A stretch of DNA of 54,375 nt, the filler included, from Bipalium vagum (taxonomy: Eukaryota): the NCBI GenBank assembly GCA_037834085.1. It is 2 parts of 2 records of this genome, joined end to end, with 100 filler letters (N's around TTAATTAATTAA, not from the genome) between each part and the next. Parts side by side here need not be neighbours in the genome. Positions count along the whole stretch, not along the records: positions 27,022 to 54,375 come from JBBMKC010091509.1; 1 more part is not named here. The stretch is one strand, 5' to 3'. Numbering within the stretch: the stretch's first letter is position 1; each line of letters opens with the position of its first letter. The notes under the pieces are model-generated. The model had not been told where the DNA came from. It made no database searches and was given only the letters and a program-made list of their open reading frames with translations. Made by a program: the position numbers and the translations under genes. Below, piece after piece: positions 32,781 through 46,762 of this stretch.

Positions 32781-35700
32781 TAATGATTATTAATTAAGGC
32801 TGCAGTTTCTAGTATATAAATATTTTTTAGATAGCAGTAAAATATTATTTTCACATATATCGTGATGGTTTGAAAAATTCTATACCTTAAAATAGAGGTT
32901 TATATTAAATTATAATTCTAATATTACCGAAAGAAAGCGACGGTTTTTTCAGGATTACTTATATGAGATATATATATATATAAATAAATATCTAATTGTA
33001 TTATTTATTAAAAATTATTTATGTAACCAACAAATATGTGGCTCAAAAACCCATTAACAAGTCTCAACGTAAAAATTGTTTTTCTTCAAAACATCTTTAA
33101 ACTGTTCTGCCTATTAGTAGAACGAGTCAAAATTTAATAATAAATAAAAATATTTTCAAATATATTTTGTTGAGTATTTTTCAATTGTCGTAACAATATA
33201 AGATAAAATTGATATATTCGAAAATATTTATTAACTCAAATCTGTTTAATTTACAGTTCAATTTTGATTAATATTAATTTTTTAAGGCACATTTTATTTT
33301 ATATTAATTAATTAAATATTTTTGGACCATCATTAATTTTATAAATATGCAGAATTTATAATTATTTTTTATTATTAAAGTTATTTAATAAATTAAGTTA
33401 TAAATGCGGCATTTTTGAGCAGAATATCAAAGTAGATATTATTTGTAATGCAAAATCGTAAATGCCGTAAGCTATGATAATGTAAAGCAATTTTTTTTAG
33501 TATTTTTATATAAGATTATATTTTACGGCAGACCAAAAGAAATTAATTTATTAAAAAAATCTACTTTATTCATATTTGTATTAAGATATGATCTTTTTAT
33601 TGAATTCCAAGATTTATAGTCTCATTTTCTGTATACATAATCCGAGTTATTTGTAATTTAATATGTTTAATATATTTGAAATATATAATTAAGTAATAAT
33701 TAATTTTGTAATAATTGGAAAGACATGTTAATATTTAATTTTAATGAAACAAAGGGTTACTAAATTAAATAAATATTAACAAAATAAAATTAGACATATT
33801 TATAAAATATGTATAAATTTTAATATAGATAATTTTAATCAAATATTTAAAAGTCACAATTAATAAATATACTAATATTAATGCACCTTAGCTTATTTCA
33901 AAAATTCTAATTAATATTTTATTTTGTTAGAACTTTTATTATTATATTCAAATTTGGATCAAGTATTTTAAACAAAACAATTTTTAATGTAGATTTTTCT
34001 AAAGAAAATAGATTTTTAGAATTCGCAAATTCTTTTGAAATTCTTAAAGAATGTTTAAAAAATTTGCATTTTTGAAATTTTTTAAAAATTATTCGAAAAT
34101 TCCATTTAAACATAAAAGGATTAGATAATTTTAAAATGCTTTTTCCTTTTCTTTTTATATCATGGAAGGACATAGAATACTTTTAATTTTATACATGAAT
34201 TATAATTTCTTTATTTAAACCATTAAAATATGTAAATCTAATTTTTAAATGTTTTTGGAAGCTAAAGTCTTTCAAAAATACTTCTTTTATCCATTAAAAC
34301 TTTCAAAGAATTACCTGTATTAAATTACATTTAATTTTTGATTCTTGTCAAAATTTTAATTTCTGTATAAAATTGAATAATAACAAAAAATATTAAATTA
34401 GAAATTGACGGTTTGAAGTAGGTAATAGAAGCGCAATTTTACTAGAAAAAATTGTATAAAAACCAGCAAAATATGTGAGAAGATAAAAAAAATTCCGAAA
34501 ATTTTACATAAATATATAAGATTATTTAAATTAAAATATAATTTTATGAATTTATCAAATGCAAATATGTTAAGTCTCATTTCTATTGGTAATTTTAATA
34601 TATTTTATTGATTTTCAATAATTGATAAGTTTCTTTAATATTTAATTAATTATTTTATTTCACATTTTTAAAAGTAGAAAAAGGTTATATTATTATCATT
34701 TAATTTTATATTTTCAAGAAACATGGGAGTTTTTTTTAAGTATAATATATTTAATTAGTTTTATATTTATTTCTACAATTATTTTATTTAAGTATAATTA
34801 AATCATTATTTCCGTATGTTTTTATCAAGATTCTAATATTTCATTTTTATCATAAAATATTAAAGTTTTCTATAAAACAAAAAAATTCAAAATATAAAGA
34901 ATTTTTTTAAAATTATTAAATATTTTCATAAAATTATATAACATAATTTTGCTTTATTTCTTCTACAAAAATAAAAGATTAATTAATTATGTTTTCCGTT
35001 TTTGGATTGTAAAAATATGTTTATTTATTGATTTTTTGAAAAAAATGATAATTGAACAAAACTTGAAATATGTTTTTTGTACTTTGGCATATTTTCTACT
35101 TTAACCAATATGAACTTGATCTTTTCCATTCATTTGATATTGGGTTTTGATATTAAACTATAAAACATGGATATTCCCGGGGACGCTGTGACGTATCACG
35201 GGTGTAATCTGAATAAGGGAAACCTTATACCGAAAACTTATTCTGAAAAGGAGGTTAATGGCCCCGATTACATTTTATAGTCTGTATGGAGTCAGTGACT
35301 CAATATTCTCAACAACATCAATAAATGAGCTTTTACTCTAATTGATTTAGATAATTTTAATTAGAAATATAATTTAGATAATTAAAAATTAAAATATTGC
35401 TATGTGGGGTATCCCAGAATAATGACATATTTTTATAAACAATTCCTTTTGTGATTTTTTTTATTTTTATCTGTGTAATATGGGATCATCAAGTTAAAGA
35501 CGAATACAATTATTATTTTTTTATTATTATTTTATTATTAATTATTAATCATTAACATTACCATAAAACAATAAACAAAGGATTTATGTAGAAAACAAAT
35601 ATAGAAAATAGAAATTACTATGAATAGAAATAAATGTAAATAAAATAATATATGTTTCTAAAAATAGAAATTATAGAAAAATTTCTGTATTTAAACCCAC

Positions 35701-36179
35701 ATAAAATAGTAAAAGGATGCACAATAATTCATTCCAAGGGCTCAGTAAATCACAAAGAGGATTCTAAAAGAGAGAAGTCATAAAAAAGACAGAGCAATAT
35801 TCAGCAGACAACAATTTCAATTAAAAAGATAAGGACGAATTACCCTAAAAAGTTTCAAGATTTGCAAAGCTTAACAGGAATCTCTATTTACATTTTATAA
35901 ACTCTGCACGAATTTTCGTATCAGCAGTTAATTTTATTCTTAAAATATATTATCCACTATCAACCAATCTTTACCGATTGACTTGATATTATTATTATTA
36001 TTAACTAATTCTTCTAAATGAGTGCTCGAAGCTTTTCGAGAATCAAATAAAATTTTATTTTTTCCCTTTTTCTTCTTTTTATTTTTACAATTTACACAGT
36101 CGCTAGCTGGTAAATTGCCGAGGACTTTTGTGTATTAAACTAAGTTTGTGCCAAAAGATTACTTTACTTGATAATCCCA

Positions 36180-36825
36180 TAAAGAGTTTAATTGTAAAAA
36201 CCAGATTTGCCGCCCAACAACTTGGTATTGAAAATAATTTCAAGTTTCAGCATGATAGGGATCCGAAACACTGTGAAGATCGTGACAAAGTGGTTGGAAG
36301 ATATAAGTGTTGAGGTCTTGCAATGGGTTGGTCAATCACCTGACATGAATACTATTGAGAATTTATGGGCCTATTTGAAAAGAAAAGTGAAGAGAAGGGA
36401 GATAGCTGGAAAAGAAATGTTAAAAGCATGTCTTATAGAAGAATGGCAGAAAATTCCTTCTGATTTTGGTAAAAAACTGGTGCAATCAATGGATAATAGA
36501 TGTCAAATAATATTAAAAAATTAATAACAAAGGAGGTTCAATAAAATATTAGACATGCCACATACATTTAATACTTTTTTGTTTATATGTCATAAATATA
36601 ATCGTAAATAAAATTCTTGTGGTCTTCATTTCCTGAGTTTTCCAAAAATAAGCTCATAGATTTTTGAAAATATTTAGTTTGATCTTTAGGCTACATCATA
36701 CTTCTATATTAATTGCTGTCCATTATATTAAAATTATTTTTCAATATTTATTTTGTCATAGTGCTTCATAAATCTAACTATTTTAGAAATTAAGTGATAG
36801 TACGAATACTTTTGCAGGTATTGTA
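36180..36825 (+). mobile_element. Tc1 (DD34E-type) 3' half with right TIR
   Basis: 'FQHDRDPKH', 'WVGQSPDMNTIENLWAYLKRKV', 'GGSIKY*'; TIR-like TACGAATACTTTTGCAGGTATTG-TA at ~36801-36825. Confidence 0.92.
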
Positions 36826-37229
36826 AATATTTAAAAACAATTTGTGTTATCTCAGTTTATTTGAATTTTTATTTGATCGTTTATTGTGACAGTGATTTTT
36901 AGTTTTGTTCTTGAACGTTCATCCGTAAACCCTTCTGATATTAAATATTTTGTTAAGTAATCTAAAAGCCCAATTTCGATCTTCTTAACTTAAAATCAGT
37001 CATTTTTAGGAACTTAACAGCTAATTAAATCGTTAAAACCATAAACATGGTATTAAAAAACTAGGCAAAATTAAAAACCAGAATTTTTTGTGTAATAATA
37101 TTGATTTGGTATATTTAATTTATTGGCTTTATTTTTAATTTTCTATATTTTAAATTGTACAAAGTTTGAGCACAAAATCAATTTTATAGGTTTTTCATAA
37201 TAAAAAAACATGAAAGAGAAATAAAAAAT

Positions 37230-37720
37230 TTATCTAACGTTCAAAAATCAACTGTGTATCTGTTATTAATTAAAAAAACTGGTATTAATAAACGAAAACC
37301 CTGAATTGGACGGCTTAGAACGGCAAGAACACAAGCAAACAAGCAGAAAATTAAGGGAAGAATCCAAAGAGATTTGAGTAGTCTCAAAAATGCATCGAGA
37401 AAGATAGCAAAAGATGTTAGTGTAGTTTGTTCAGCTAGTTCAGTGTAAAGGATTCTAAAAAAGATCTTGGGATGAACACCAGAATGTGGATAAAGAGGCA
37501 GGCCCTGAACAGCGTTGCGATTGAGTTTCAAGAAGCTGTTGAAAAGAATTGAGGCCGGAAGACACAAAATGTTTTGAGTACGGATGAAAAGTGATTCAGC
37601 ATTTGACGGAGTTACAACCCTTAAAACAATTAAAGCTGGTCGGTACAGCCTGTTTCTCTTAAATAACGAATCATGTGCAACCATCAAAACCCCATGCAAA
37701 TTATTGACTGGGTGGGAGAA
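37230..37720 (+). mobile_element. Tc1/maT-like N-terminal relic
   Basis: Plus-strand 'GRLRTARTQANKQKIKGRIQRD...ASRKIAKDVSV..SSV.RILKKDLG', then an 'xTDEK' remnant. Confidence 0.7.
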
Positions 37721-37967
37721 ATTTTTTCTGTTGAGTGTATCATCTGTGCTATATTTTTGTCTTACCTTTTTGGTTTACTTCTTTATTAGTCTACTGATTC
37801 TATATTGATTTTGACGACGATGAACACCAAATTTATCACGAATTTTGCAGTGTTGTTGTTACAGAACGTTCATTTTCATAATAAATTTGTATGATGAAAA
37901 CTCTTTGTTGCATGGTGTATAAATTTATCAATGCATTTGAAAAAATGAATATTTACACATGTTATGT

Positions 37968-39125
37968 TATTGGATGGTCAAATATGAAATTTGTAAAAAA
38001 TAAGAAAGTTTGTATTAATAAAATAAAAACACAAAGAATTAATCTAATCATTGAAGGATGGAGTCTATGCACTTTTGTCATTTAAGCGGCAGTTTGTTCA
38101 TACCGGTTGTATAAAACCCTGGCGGACGGGAGTTAATGAATTCCTGAAAAGTGAAGAAGTTCCAACACCAATTACTGTAGTTTGTGCACAGTTATTTGTG
38201 CAGTATGTGGTCTAGCGTTGTCATAAATTAAGATAGGAGTCGATCTTTTGATCAATCTTGGGTTTTTTTCTTTCAGTTTTTCTATCATATCGTCCCACTG
38301 CTTGTAGTATACTTCTGCCGTAATCGATGATCCAGATTTCATGAAATCAAAATGGATGATACCTGCACTAGACCACCAAACACTCACCATCAGCTTCTTC
38401 TTATGAATTTTAGACTTTAAAGTGTGTTTTGGGGCTTTATCTTTGATCGGCCATTGTGCTGAACGTTTGCGAATATCATATTTGATCTATTTCTCGTCAC
38501 AACGATGCGATTCAAAAATGTATCAGATTTGTGACGAGAAATCAGCACCAAAGAAGCTTCCAAACGCTTTATTTTCTGCTTTCTATTGAGTTCATGTTGA
38601 ACCCGTTTATCAAACTTTTTCACTTTGCCTATTTGAGATAAATGAAATAATATTGTTTGCTTACTGACACCAAATTTCAAGGATAAATCATGGGCTATTT
38701 GAGATAGATCAGACTCAATGGTGACCCTTAGTTGGTCATTACAGACTTTTGTCCTGGCCGACCGAGTAGCTCATTGTAAGGCCAAATTGACCTTTTCGAA
38801 ATTCAGCAAATCAATTTTCCACCTTCTGGTGTGCAATTACACTGCAGCCAAATACCCAATTAATATTTCGCGCAGTCTGTGAAGCTGTAGTTCTTCGTAA
38901 AAATGCATATTTCATGATTTGAATTTCTGCTTCTTCATTTTCAAATAATTTGATTATTAAAAGAAATAATAATTATTATTTCAAGATTATATTGATTTGT
39001 TTAACAGGCATTAAAATGTAACTTTCTAAGAAAACCGAATGCTAAAATATGAAGCCATTGTCAAATAATCAGCTGTTAAAACTGACAATGCATGACCTAT
39101 AAATTTCATACTTGGTGACCCAATA
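37968..39125 (-). mobile_element. Near full-length defective mariner
   Basis: TIRs TTGGATGGTCAAATATGAAATTT / AAATTTCATACTTGGTGACCCAA with TA flanks; 'RVQHEL', 'MVSVWWSSAGIIH', 'YDNARPHTA'. Confidence 0.93.
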
Positions 39126-40299
39126 TATTAATTAAAAAGATTTGGCAGATATTTTTATATAGATTTAACATACAAGTTTCACTGTTTGATAACCCTTTAT
39201 ATATATGAATTGATATATTCTTTTAACTAAATTCAAATTACTTCCAGAAATATTTATCTTCAATATAATTCTGATTTCTAAGTATTATATTACAGAAAAA
39301 GCCTGTGACCGTAATATTTACTTTAATATCCATAGTTAAAATATTTTATTGAATTTTCACAAAATTACGGTAATTAATAAAATTCTTTAATCAATTTAGT
39401 ATTCCATTTCCAGTACTCAACATTACTGACTATTTGACTCCCTATTCAATTAATTTATCATACCTCAATTCTGTCTCTTTTCACCGAATGGAAAACAAGA
39501 ATGCTTCATTTTTCTTCGTAAAATAATTCTGCCGCATCATCTAACTTTGTAAAATATTATTATAATAAAAAACTACTTTTCAACAGTCGAATAATAATCA
39601 TTATTTTGTCTTTTTTAAATATGGCAATTTTTGTTTTTTATATAAAAATAAATAATATTGGCATTTACAAAAGTAACAGAAAATCAATTATGATTGATAT
39701 CTTTAAATAAAAGATGTATAAAAAGTAACATGCGACCAAAGGTTTTCCAAAAATACATTTTTCTTCTTAATTTACTGGGTTTTTGTAGAATATAAGAAAT
39801 TACTTATTATTGATCAATCAAATTTGTCTTCAAGCTAAAACTCATTATTTATATTATTTACAGATATATTTGGTTAGAAAATTTTATTGTTAATCAATTG
39901 TTTTATTATCGAGGTTTGTACTTAATATTAATAAAAAATTATTTTAAGTATATTAACCATGAGTAAATAAATAATAAAAAGAAAAAATTATTTTCCCTTT
40001 ACTTTAATTAATTAAATTATGTTTGGTAAGGAAAGTATAGATATTTTAATTAACTCTTTTCAACAGACAATATAAATAAATAATTGAAACAATAGACGGT
40101 TAATTGTTAAAGTTGCATAGCAAAGTAAATAGAATACAAGGTAAACCCAGATAAACTGTTTTTAACTTTTGGTAAATGAGTATATCCAATAAATTCTTTA
40201 TTTCTATCCTATAAAATTCCTAATGTTTATAAAAAGAAAAAAATCTATTACTTTTACTTTTATTTTAATTAAACTGCATTGAATAAAAATGATAACATT

Positions 40300-40922
40300 A
40301 TAACCTTCGTGATTGAAGAGATGGTATTGGTTTTTCTGTTGTATTAGGCAGGCAAAAATGGTTATGGCCACGCCAACCTGCAATTCCTATAGAAAAGGCG
40401 ATTTCATAAAATGATGATGCTTTCCATGTGATGGAATTTTGAGGAGATAGTCAACTTTGAACTTTGAATTACCAGTAACTGGAAAGAGATTATGAATTTT
40501 TACAAGAATCTTACTCATCATTAAACAATAGAGAGCGTGCAATCTTCCAGTATGACAGTGCAAAACCATATACAACTTCCCAAACAAAACAAAAGCTTGA
40601 AGAGCTGGAGATTAAAGTTCTCCCGATTCCAGGTTAAAGTCCATACCTTGCGCTGTGGGATTTTCTTTTGTTCTGTTCAATGACTCATTTCTTTAAAAGA
40701 CGATGCCTTACATTGATTGATGATGCGGAAAATAGTTGTGTCCAACTTTTTACTTTCAAGGACTCAGCATAAAAAACAGAGGAAAAGGGCTGGCCGAACT
40801 ATGGTTAAAGACCATAAAATACAATGGTTTATATTTTAATAAATAAATGTTCCACAAATTCTAATTTTGGTTTTTCATTTTAAAGTCTTAAAATACACGA
40901 GTTATTATGAATCACCACAATA
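40300..40922 (+). mobile_element. Mariner 3' relic
   Basis: 'YDSAKPYT' and 'SPYLALWDFLLF' remnants; TIR-like end. Confidence 0.75.
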
Positions 40923-42669
40923 TTTAATGAAAATAATCCTAAAATTATCAATTCAAAGAAAAATTTGTATCTTATTTTTAATGATAATTTTATATATAAT
41001 TCATTTCATACATTCTGTATTATACTTAAAACAGTGTTAATATTGATATTTAATAATTCCCCAAGTGATTCTTATTTTTATAATTTTAATTAAATTAATT
41101 TATATTTAATGAAAAAAAATTCTATTTAAATTCTATTTTAAAACATATTTAATATAAATTTAATTAATTTATTTAAAGGGGTTTTCTAAACAAAATACAA
41201 AGAAAAATATATTTTGTAAATTTTCTTTTTGATACCAAAAGAAGAAAATCAGAAGGCAAATATTTTTCATAGGAAATTCTAAATCATATTCTTGAAGAGA
41301 AGAATTTTATTTTTACGGAACCCCGAATAAATAAATAAGATCAAATTTAGATTAATTGTCAATCTTCTGTGAAAAAATGATTACTGATTATTTTTAATAT
41401 GGTAAACATAAATATTATTTTTAATTTATTTCAAATATTTGATATTATAATCACATTTTAACAAGACGTAATAGCTCCACATCGATAAAACAATTATCAA
41501 GGCAAAAATCAGTCTTTCACAAACATTAGTTCGGTTCTGTTATAGAAATTTATTCATTTCAGATGTCTGGAGTTCTTTAGATTTTTAGGTAGCTTTTATT
41601 AAAATTTTTTGAAATTGTTTTTTTGAAAAATCAACCAATTATTTAATTAACTAATCATTATAATTATTTTATGTCACAGTTTGATATTAAATTCTAAATC
41701 TTCTTCAAATATTTATGTTACGGATTTGCGTCAAGCAGATATACATTTAATAAAAGGTATCAGACATAACTCAGTGAAAATTTGCAATTTGCAATATATT
41801 TTCCATTAATGATTGGGAATTAATTAATATAAAAAATTATAATTCTGATAAATATTAAAATTAATTTTAATTAATTTATTTAGTTCTGATAATGGACTTT
41901 TTCAAATTCATCTGAAATTTTGTTAATTTGGTTCGAAATTCGCTGTTCAGTTGTTTTGATACAAATCATCTTATGTTATTTAGTCAAGTATTGTTTCTGT
42001 TCTCACGCATCCTTTTGAGATTTTTTTTGTTGCCAAAAAATTAAAATGTAATTAATTACTTTTACAATATTTACCATTTTATAACCTTTTTAAAACTTCT
42101 TTTTAAATTTATTATATCAGATACAAAAACATGATATTTTCTTCTACTTTCTTCTACTTTTCATTTTCACTGTAACCAATGAAGATTATAAGAATAAGAC
42201 AAAAAACATTTTTAATTTTTTACTCTTTAAAATGGGGACAAATGTAGTGAAATATTTGAGCAGTAAAACAAACATTTCCGAAATCGAATTAGTTTTACCT
42301 TGGAGAAATTATAATAGAATAATTAATCTCTTTCAAGAGAACGGTTTATATGGATTTTTGGGATAATATTATTAGTCCTATTCTTTAATAAATGTTATGG
42401 GAGATGTAATTATAATTACTGAAAATTTTTTTATTACATAAATACGAAAATATATATTTCGGCCAAAAATTCAAACAGAAAAAGAAGTTGAATAGCCATT
42501 CATTTGTAATATGAAAAATTTAGAAAAATGAAACTTTATTTTGTTCATAACCTGTAAATTCATAAATAAAAATGTAAACAAAAATATATTGGAATAATTT
42601 TGAAGTTTTGGTGTTAAAATGAATATTTTTCCGATTTTTGACAAGTCCAAAATGTATTAAAAATGTATA

Positions 42670-44290
42670 TATATTTTACAACCACATGAATAAGAAAAAA
42701 ATTAATGTGCATCATTGGCAACCATTTTTTCGTATCACTCAGGTAATTTTCAATTTACATCTTGAAAAAGTTTCTCGTCTTTTGAGGTGACTCAAGTTAT
42801 GACCCTTTAATCAATTTCTTTGAAAGAAGTGAATCAGTGACCTGTCACTTCGTGTGCATCTATCAAAATAACCAGTAATCTGAAGTTTCCAAATACTTTT
42901 CACGAATCTTACGAGATGGAACCTGGGGTTAACTTGCGGAAGACTAATTTTGTTATGTTTTTGGTCTGGCCATTTTTCTCGCAATGCACGACTTAAACGT
43001 ATCAATTTTAGTCTATTCCAATTTCCCGTAATAGAATCACCAGCTTTTTGCAGCTCAAAGTATACAACACTCTTTTGGTCCCACCAAATATGTTCACTAT
43101 TTAGTGTATCAAGCTTTAACTCTGACTCAAACTCTTAGGTGGTGCGAAATAACAACAATCAGTAAAGCAATAATTTGTATTTATCTCACAAAACTCACAC
43201 GAAATCTCAATGATAACAATAACACAAAATTCGTCAAATTCAATAGAAAGAGATCACAATAATATCTGAAATTGTCTTGAGTAATAAATCAAACACAAAA
43301 GTTCAATAAAATCGAGCCAATTAATTAAAAAACAATAAATACGTAAAGTTAATCAATAATCAAACTATAATAATAATTAATACTAAATAATGTTTAATAA
43401 AAAAAATTAAGATAAAAGAAAATAAAACGAGCTTACAAGTTAGCTTCGTTCAAGCTTCCAGGAATATCAGTTGAGCCTTTACAGTTGCTCAGAGATAGCA
43501 ACTTAAGAGAGCTTAAACACAATCCCAGTGCTGGTCACATTAAAAGTATACTTGAAGTTTCCGAATAACGATCACAAAGTATCTGGTATTCTTATTCTGG
43601 ATTCACAATCACAAAATCTGTCATCTTGAATTAAAAAGTATGCCTTCTAACAAGCACAAAAATATCTGTTTCTCTTGTCTGCTAGTTTTTGGGCTAATTT
43701 ATGGAGAAATCTTTCTTCTTTTATACTATTCTGGTTAAACACTAATCAGTCGCAGATCAGTTTTATTAATGGTTAATGTCAATTCCCTTTTTGGATCATT
43801 AATCCTAAATCGGTCCCTTCCTGCGGACCCTGATCTAATCATGGCAATTTAGGTTCTCCATTGTCAAGATTAGATCCCTAAAATATAATTTATTGCCTTT
43901 TTTCTTTTTAATTAACTTTTGTACTTTTTAATTAGTTAAAATTATTATTTAATTATTATTTTTAGTATTATTATGATTATTATTATTTTGTGCTCAATTT
44001 CATAATTCTTATCTGTGAATGGTGAGTATTTTGGGTAAACCCAACTGATAAAAAGCATCACCTTCGAATCTTGAATATTTCGCTTTGGTGTTGATATCGA
44101 TTAATCGGGCCAAACGTATAATTTATTCGTCTTGAGGTTGTCGAAGAATATTCATTTTTCATCTCAAACGACTATACGGTGTAAAAAACATTTTCTTTGT
44201 TGCCTTTAAAGCAGCTGCACTCAAGTGACATATTGATTTCTATGTCTTTCGGTTTTAGTTCAAGGGACACTCAGTTTCCTTTCACTAATT
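42670..44290 (-). mobile_element. Mariner relic split by solo LTR copy B
   Basis: Removing 43091-44046 and one TSD copy restores AAG GTG ATG CTT TTT ATT TGG TGG GAC CAA (KVMLFIWWDQ); also 'IRLSRALREKWP'. Confidence 0.85.
43091..44046 (-). mobile_element. Solo LTR copy B (956 bp), TSD AATA/GATA (one mismatch)
   Basis: Reverse-complement termini (A)GTTGGGTTTACCCAA...ATAGTGAACA match copy A; TATAAAAG near 43720; shared stem-loop at ~43427-43520. Confidence 0.88.
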
Positions 44291-44329
44291 AATTTCAATC
44301 TTATGAAAACCATTTATTATCATAGATTA

Positions 44330-44860
44330 TCATAGAGGGTCCACTTCTTATCTCCGGTTATAATTGGACGACTCCTTTTGTTATCTACTTAACAAAGAAT
44401 TACAGGTCGTTATAAACTGTATTCTGCTCAAATTTGACAAAAGATGTGGAACCCAAACTCCCTCTGTCAAGGTTTTTCATATTTCTTTTAAGTGATTATA
44501 TACTGTTGATTGACTTTGTCATGGATCTGATTCTACTATCGATTTTTAGGCTTAGAAATCCATGGAAGATAGCCTACCAGATCTTGGGTTATCTTTGAAA
44601 TCTATGTTTCCATTTTTAATTTTGAAAGCCATCGCTGATTTTTGTGCACGTCCACGACATTTTGGATAAATTGCATTAATATTTCCAGTAGCCACTATTG
44701 CACTATTTTTCGTCATAAATTCAAAAAACATGTAATTCCGGATATTGTCTTCTGTTAGTTTATTGTCAGAAATTTTTTCAGTAAACGATCTAGAAATATG
44801 ATTTCCGATCTCAATCAACTATAATATATGTCCTTTAATTTAAAATAAAAATCCGTTCAA
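44330..44860 (-). mobile_element. Second mariner 5' relic
   Basis: ORF 44552..44818 'IRNYMFFEF..KNSAIVATGNINAIY..KNGNIDFKDNPRSGR'; 'IITGDKKW' near 44350. Confidence 0.85.
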
Positions 44861-45734
44861 ATATTTAAAGGGAAATTTTAAAATAATTGATTAAAAGTTT
44901 GTTTTAAAAAACGAAATAATATATTAATAAATAATTATTATTGCTATCCTATTTTTTATTTTTATTTATCAAACTAATTAATATTTGTTTATCAATGCCT
45001 ATTTTCATAAATTTATTGACAAATCCGTTTATTTTATTTGTTTTTTGAAATATTTTTTTTCATAGTACAATGGAATTACCAAAACTTTTAAATCATTAAA
45101 ATAACAAGTTAAAAATATTAATTTAACCAATTAATTTTTATTAATTGTTTGTTATGCTTCATCAGTTGAATTCAAAAGAAAATTTTCCAGGATATCTTAA
45201 GCATTAAATGGAAAAGTGAATTTCTACTATAATTGTTTTTTAAGCAATAATTAGCTTTTTGATACTAAATAAAGTAACAAATATGTATACAGAACGATCG
45301 AATTCTTTTCTATAAGATTGAAAATTTTTCAAGTTTCAAATATCAATTAAGTCATTGTAGGCAATTCAGTGTAAGCATTTCACTTTTGAGGAGACCAAAG
45401 CTGCTTCAAAATGACATGTCATTTCAATAAACAATCAAAGAGCTATTTTGTAAAGTTTGTTATGTAAGAGCGGTAGAAATTAATTTTTAGTTTCTCCTTA
45501 CTTCTTTCAAGAGAAGAGCGGTAAGTTAATATGTTTTTATTTGCCTAGATACGAAGATTTGGTATCAAAATGATAGATGATGAGTAAAAGATTCTGAGGA
45601 TGTATATGTCATCAAAGGGATAAGATAGGCTTCACGTGAAAGTATTATTAATGGTATTCTTTCGTGAAACTCACACGTGGTTACTTTTTCTTTGTGAAGA
45701 ACTGGAAGTTGAACAAATTGCTTAAAACATAAAT

Positions 45735-46762
45735 ATTGGGTTTGCAACTAATTACGTATTTTTTAAAACTAAAATAAAGTTTTTAAAAAATAAAATTTTT
45801 TGATCAGTAAATTAATGACCATTTTAGCTAATGATCTTCTGCAATCTTTCAGGAAGCATTATAATACCCTTTTTCATAAAAGTTCTGAGTTTATCGTTAA
45901 AAACCGCAAAAAATGCGATATGACTTGAACATCTTGGAAGTCTTTACGATTTAGAAAATTGCTCAAGGAACGAAATAAATAATAATCGGAAGGTACGAGG
46001 TCCGGATTATAAACTGGATGTGGCAACATATCCCAGTCTAGCTTCATTGATGGCCAAAGGTGTGTGTGGCTTTGTGTTGTCGTGGTGAAAGATCACACCT
46101 TTTCGACTGGCTAACTCAGGGCTTTCTTGTGGTATTTGATTATTTAGATTGGATATTTGTTGAATATAAACACTTGAAATAATTATTTCATTGCGTAGCA
46201 ATATGCATAAATAAATAATTTCTTTATAATGCCCCCATAATGACAATATAACCTTCTTTTACTGGTTTGTATAACACATAAAACTGTGTAAATATAATAA
46301 AAGTTTCTTTAGTGTATGAAAAAAAATTTCCATATTAAAATCAATTTTTTGTCATGTTTTGTTCTTAATATGAACTTAGAAGTACAAATATCACAAGTTT
46401 TCATATTTATGTTTAAACAAAAAAATGAAATTTACATTATGAACGAATAAAGAACTTTTTATCCCATTACAAATATAACCTTCAATAATTATACTAAGTG
46501 TCTGAAAATATATTTCCACCAGAATATTTATATTTACATAAGTGCGAAACCAATATTTCTGAAAAAATGATGAAATGTTATGAAGTTTGTCGTAATGTAA
46601 CTAAATCTAGAAAGAATATCACACCTGCCTTTCCAAAGTTGTTGAAAATGAAGGAAATTATGCAGTTGTTTAGTTGTAATTTTTCTAAATAAATTGTTAC
46701 TTTTTATTGAATTTTGATTCATGCTTAAAAAACCGCAACTACCTATTACTAGACCTCATATT
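45735..46762 (-). mobile_element. Mariner 3' relic
   Basis: 'PELASRKGVIFHHDNTKPHT' and 'PDLVPSDYYLFRSLSNFL'; TIR-like ends at ~45735 and ~46760. Confidence 0.85.

Noticed and set aside
37241-37699. 152-aa minus-strand ORF
   Set aside because: Antisense shadow of a plus-strand Tc1/maT transposase relic.
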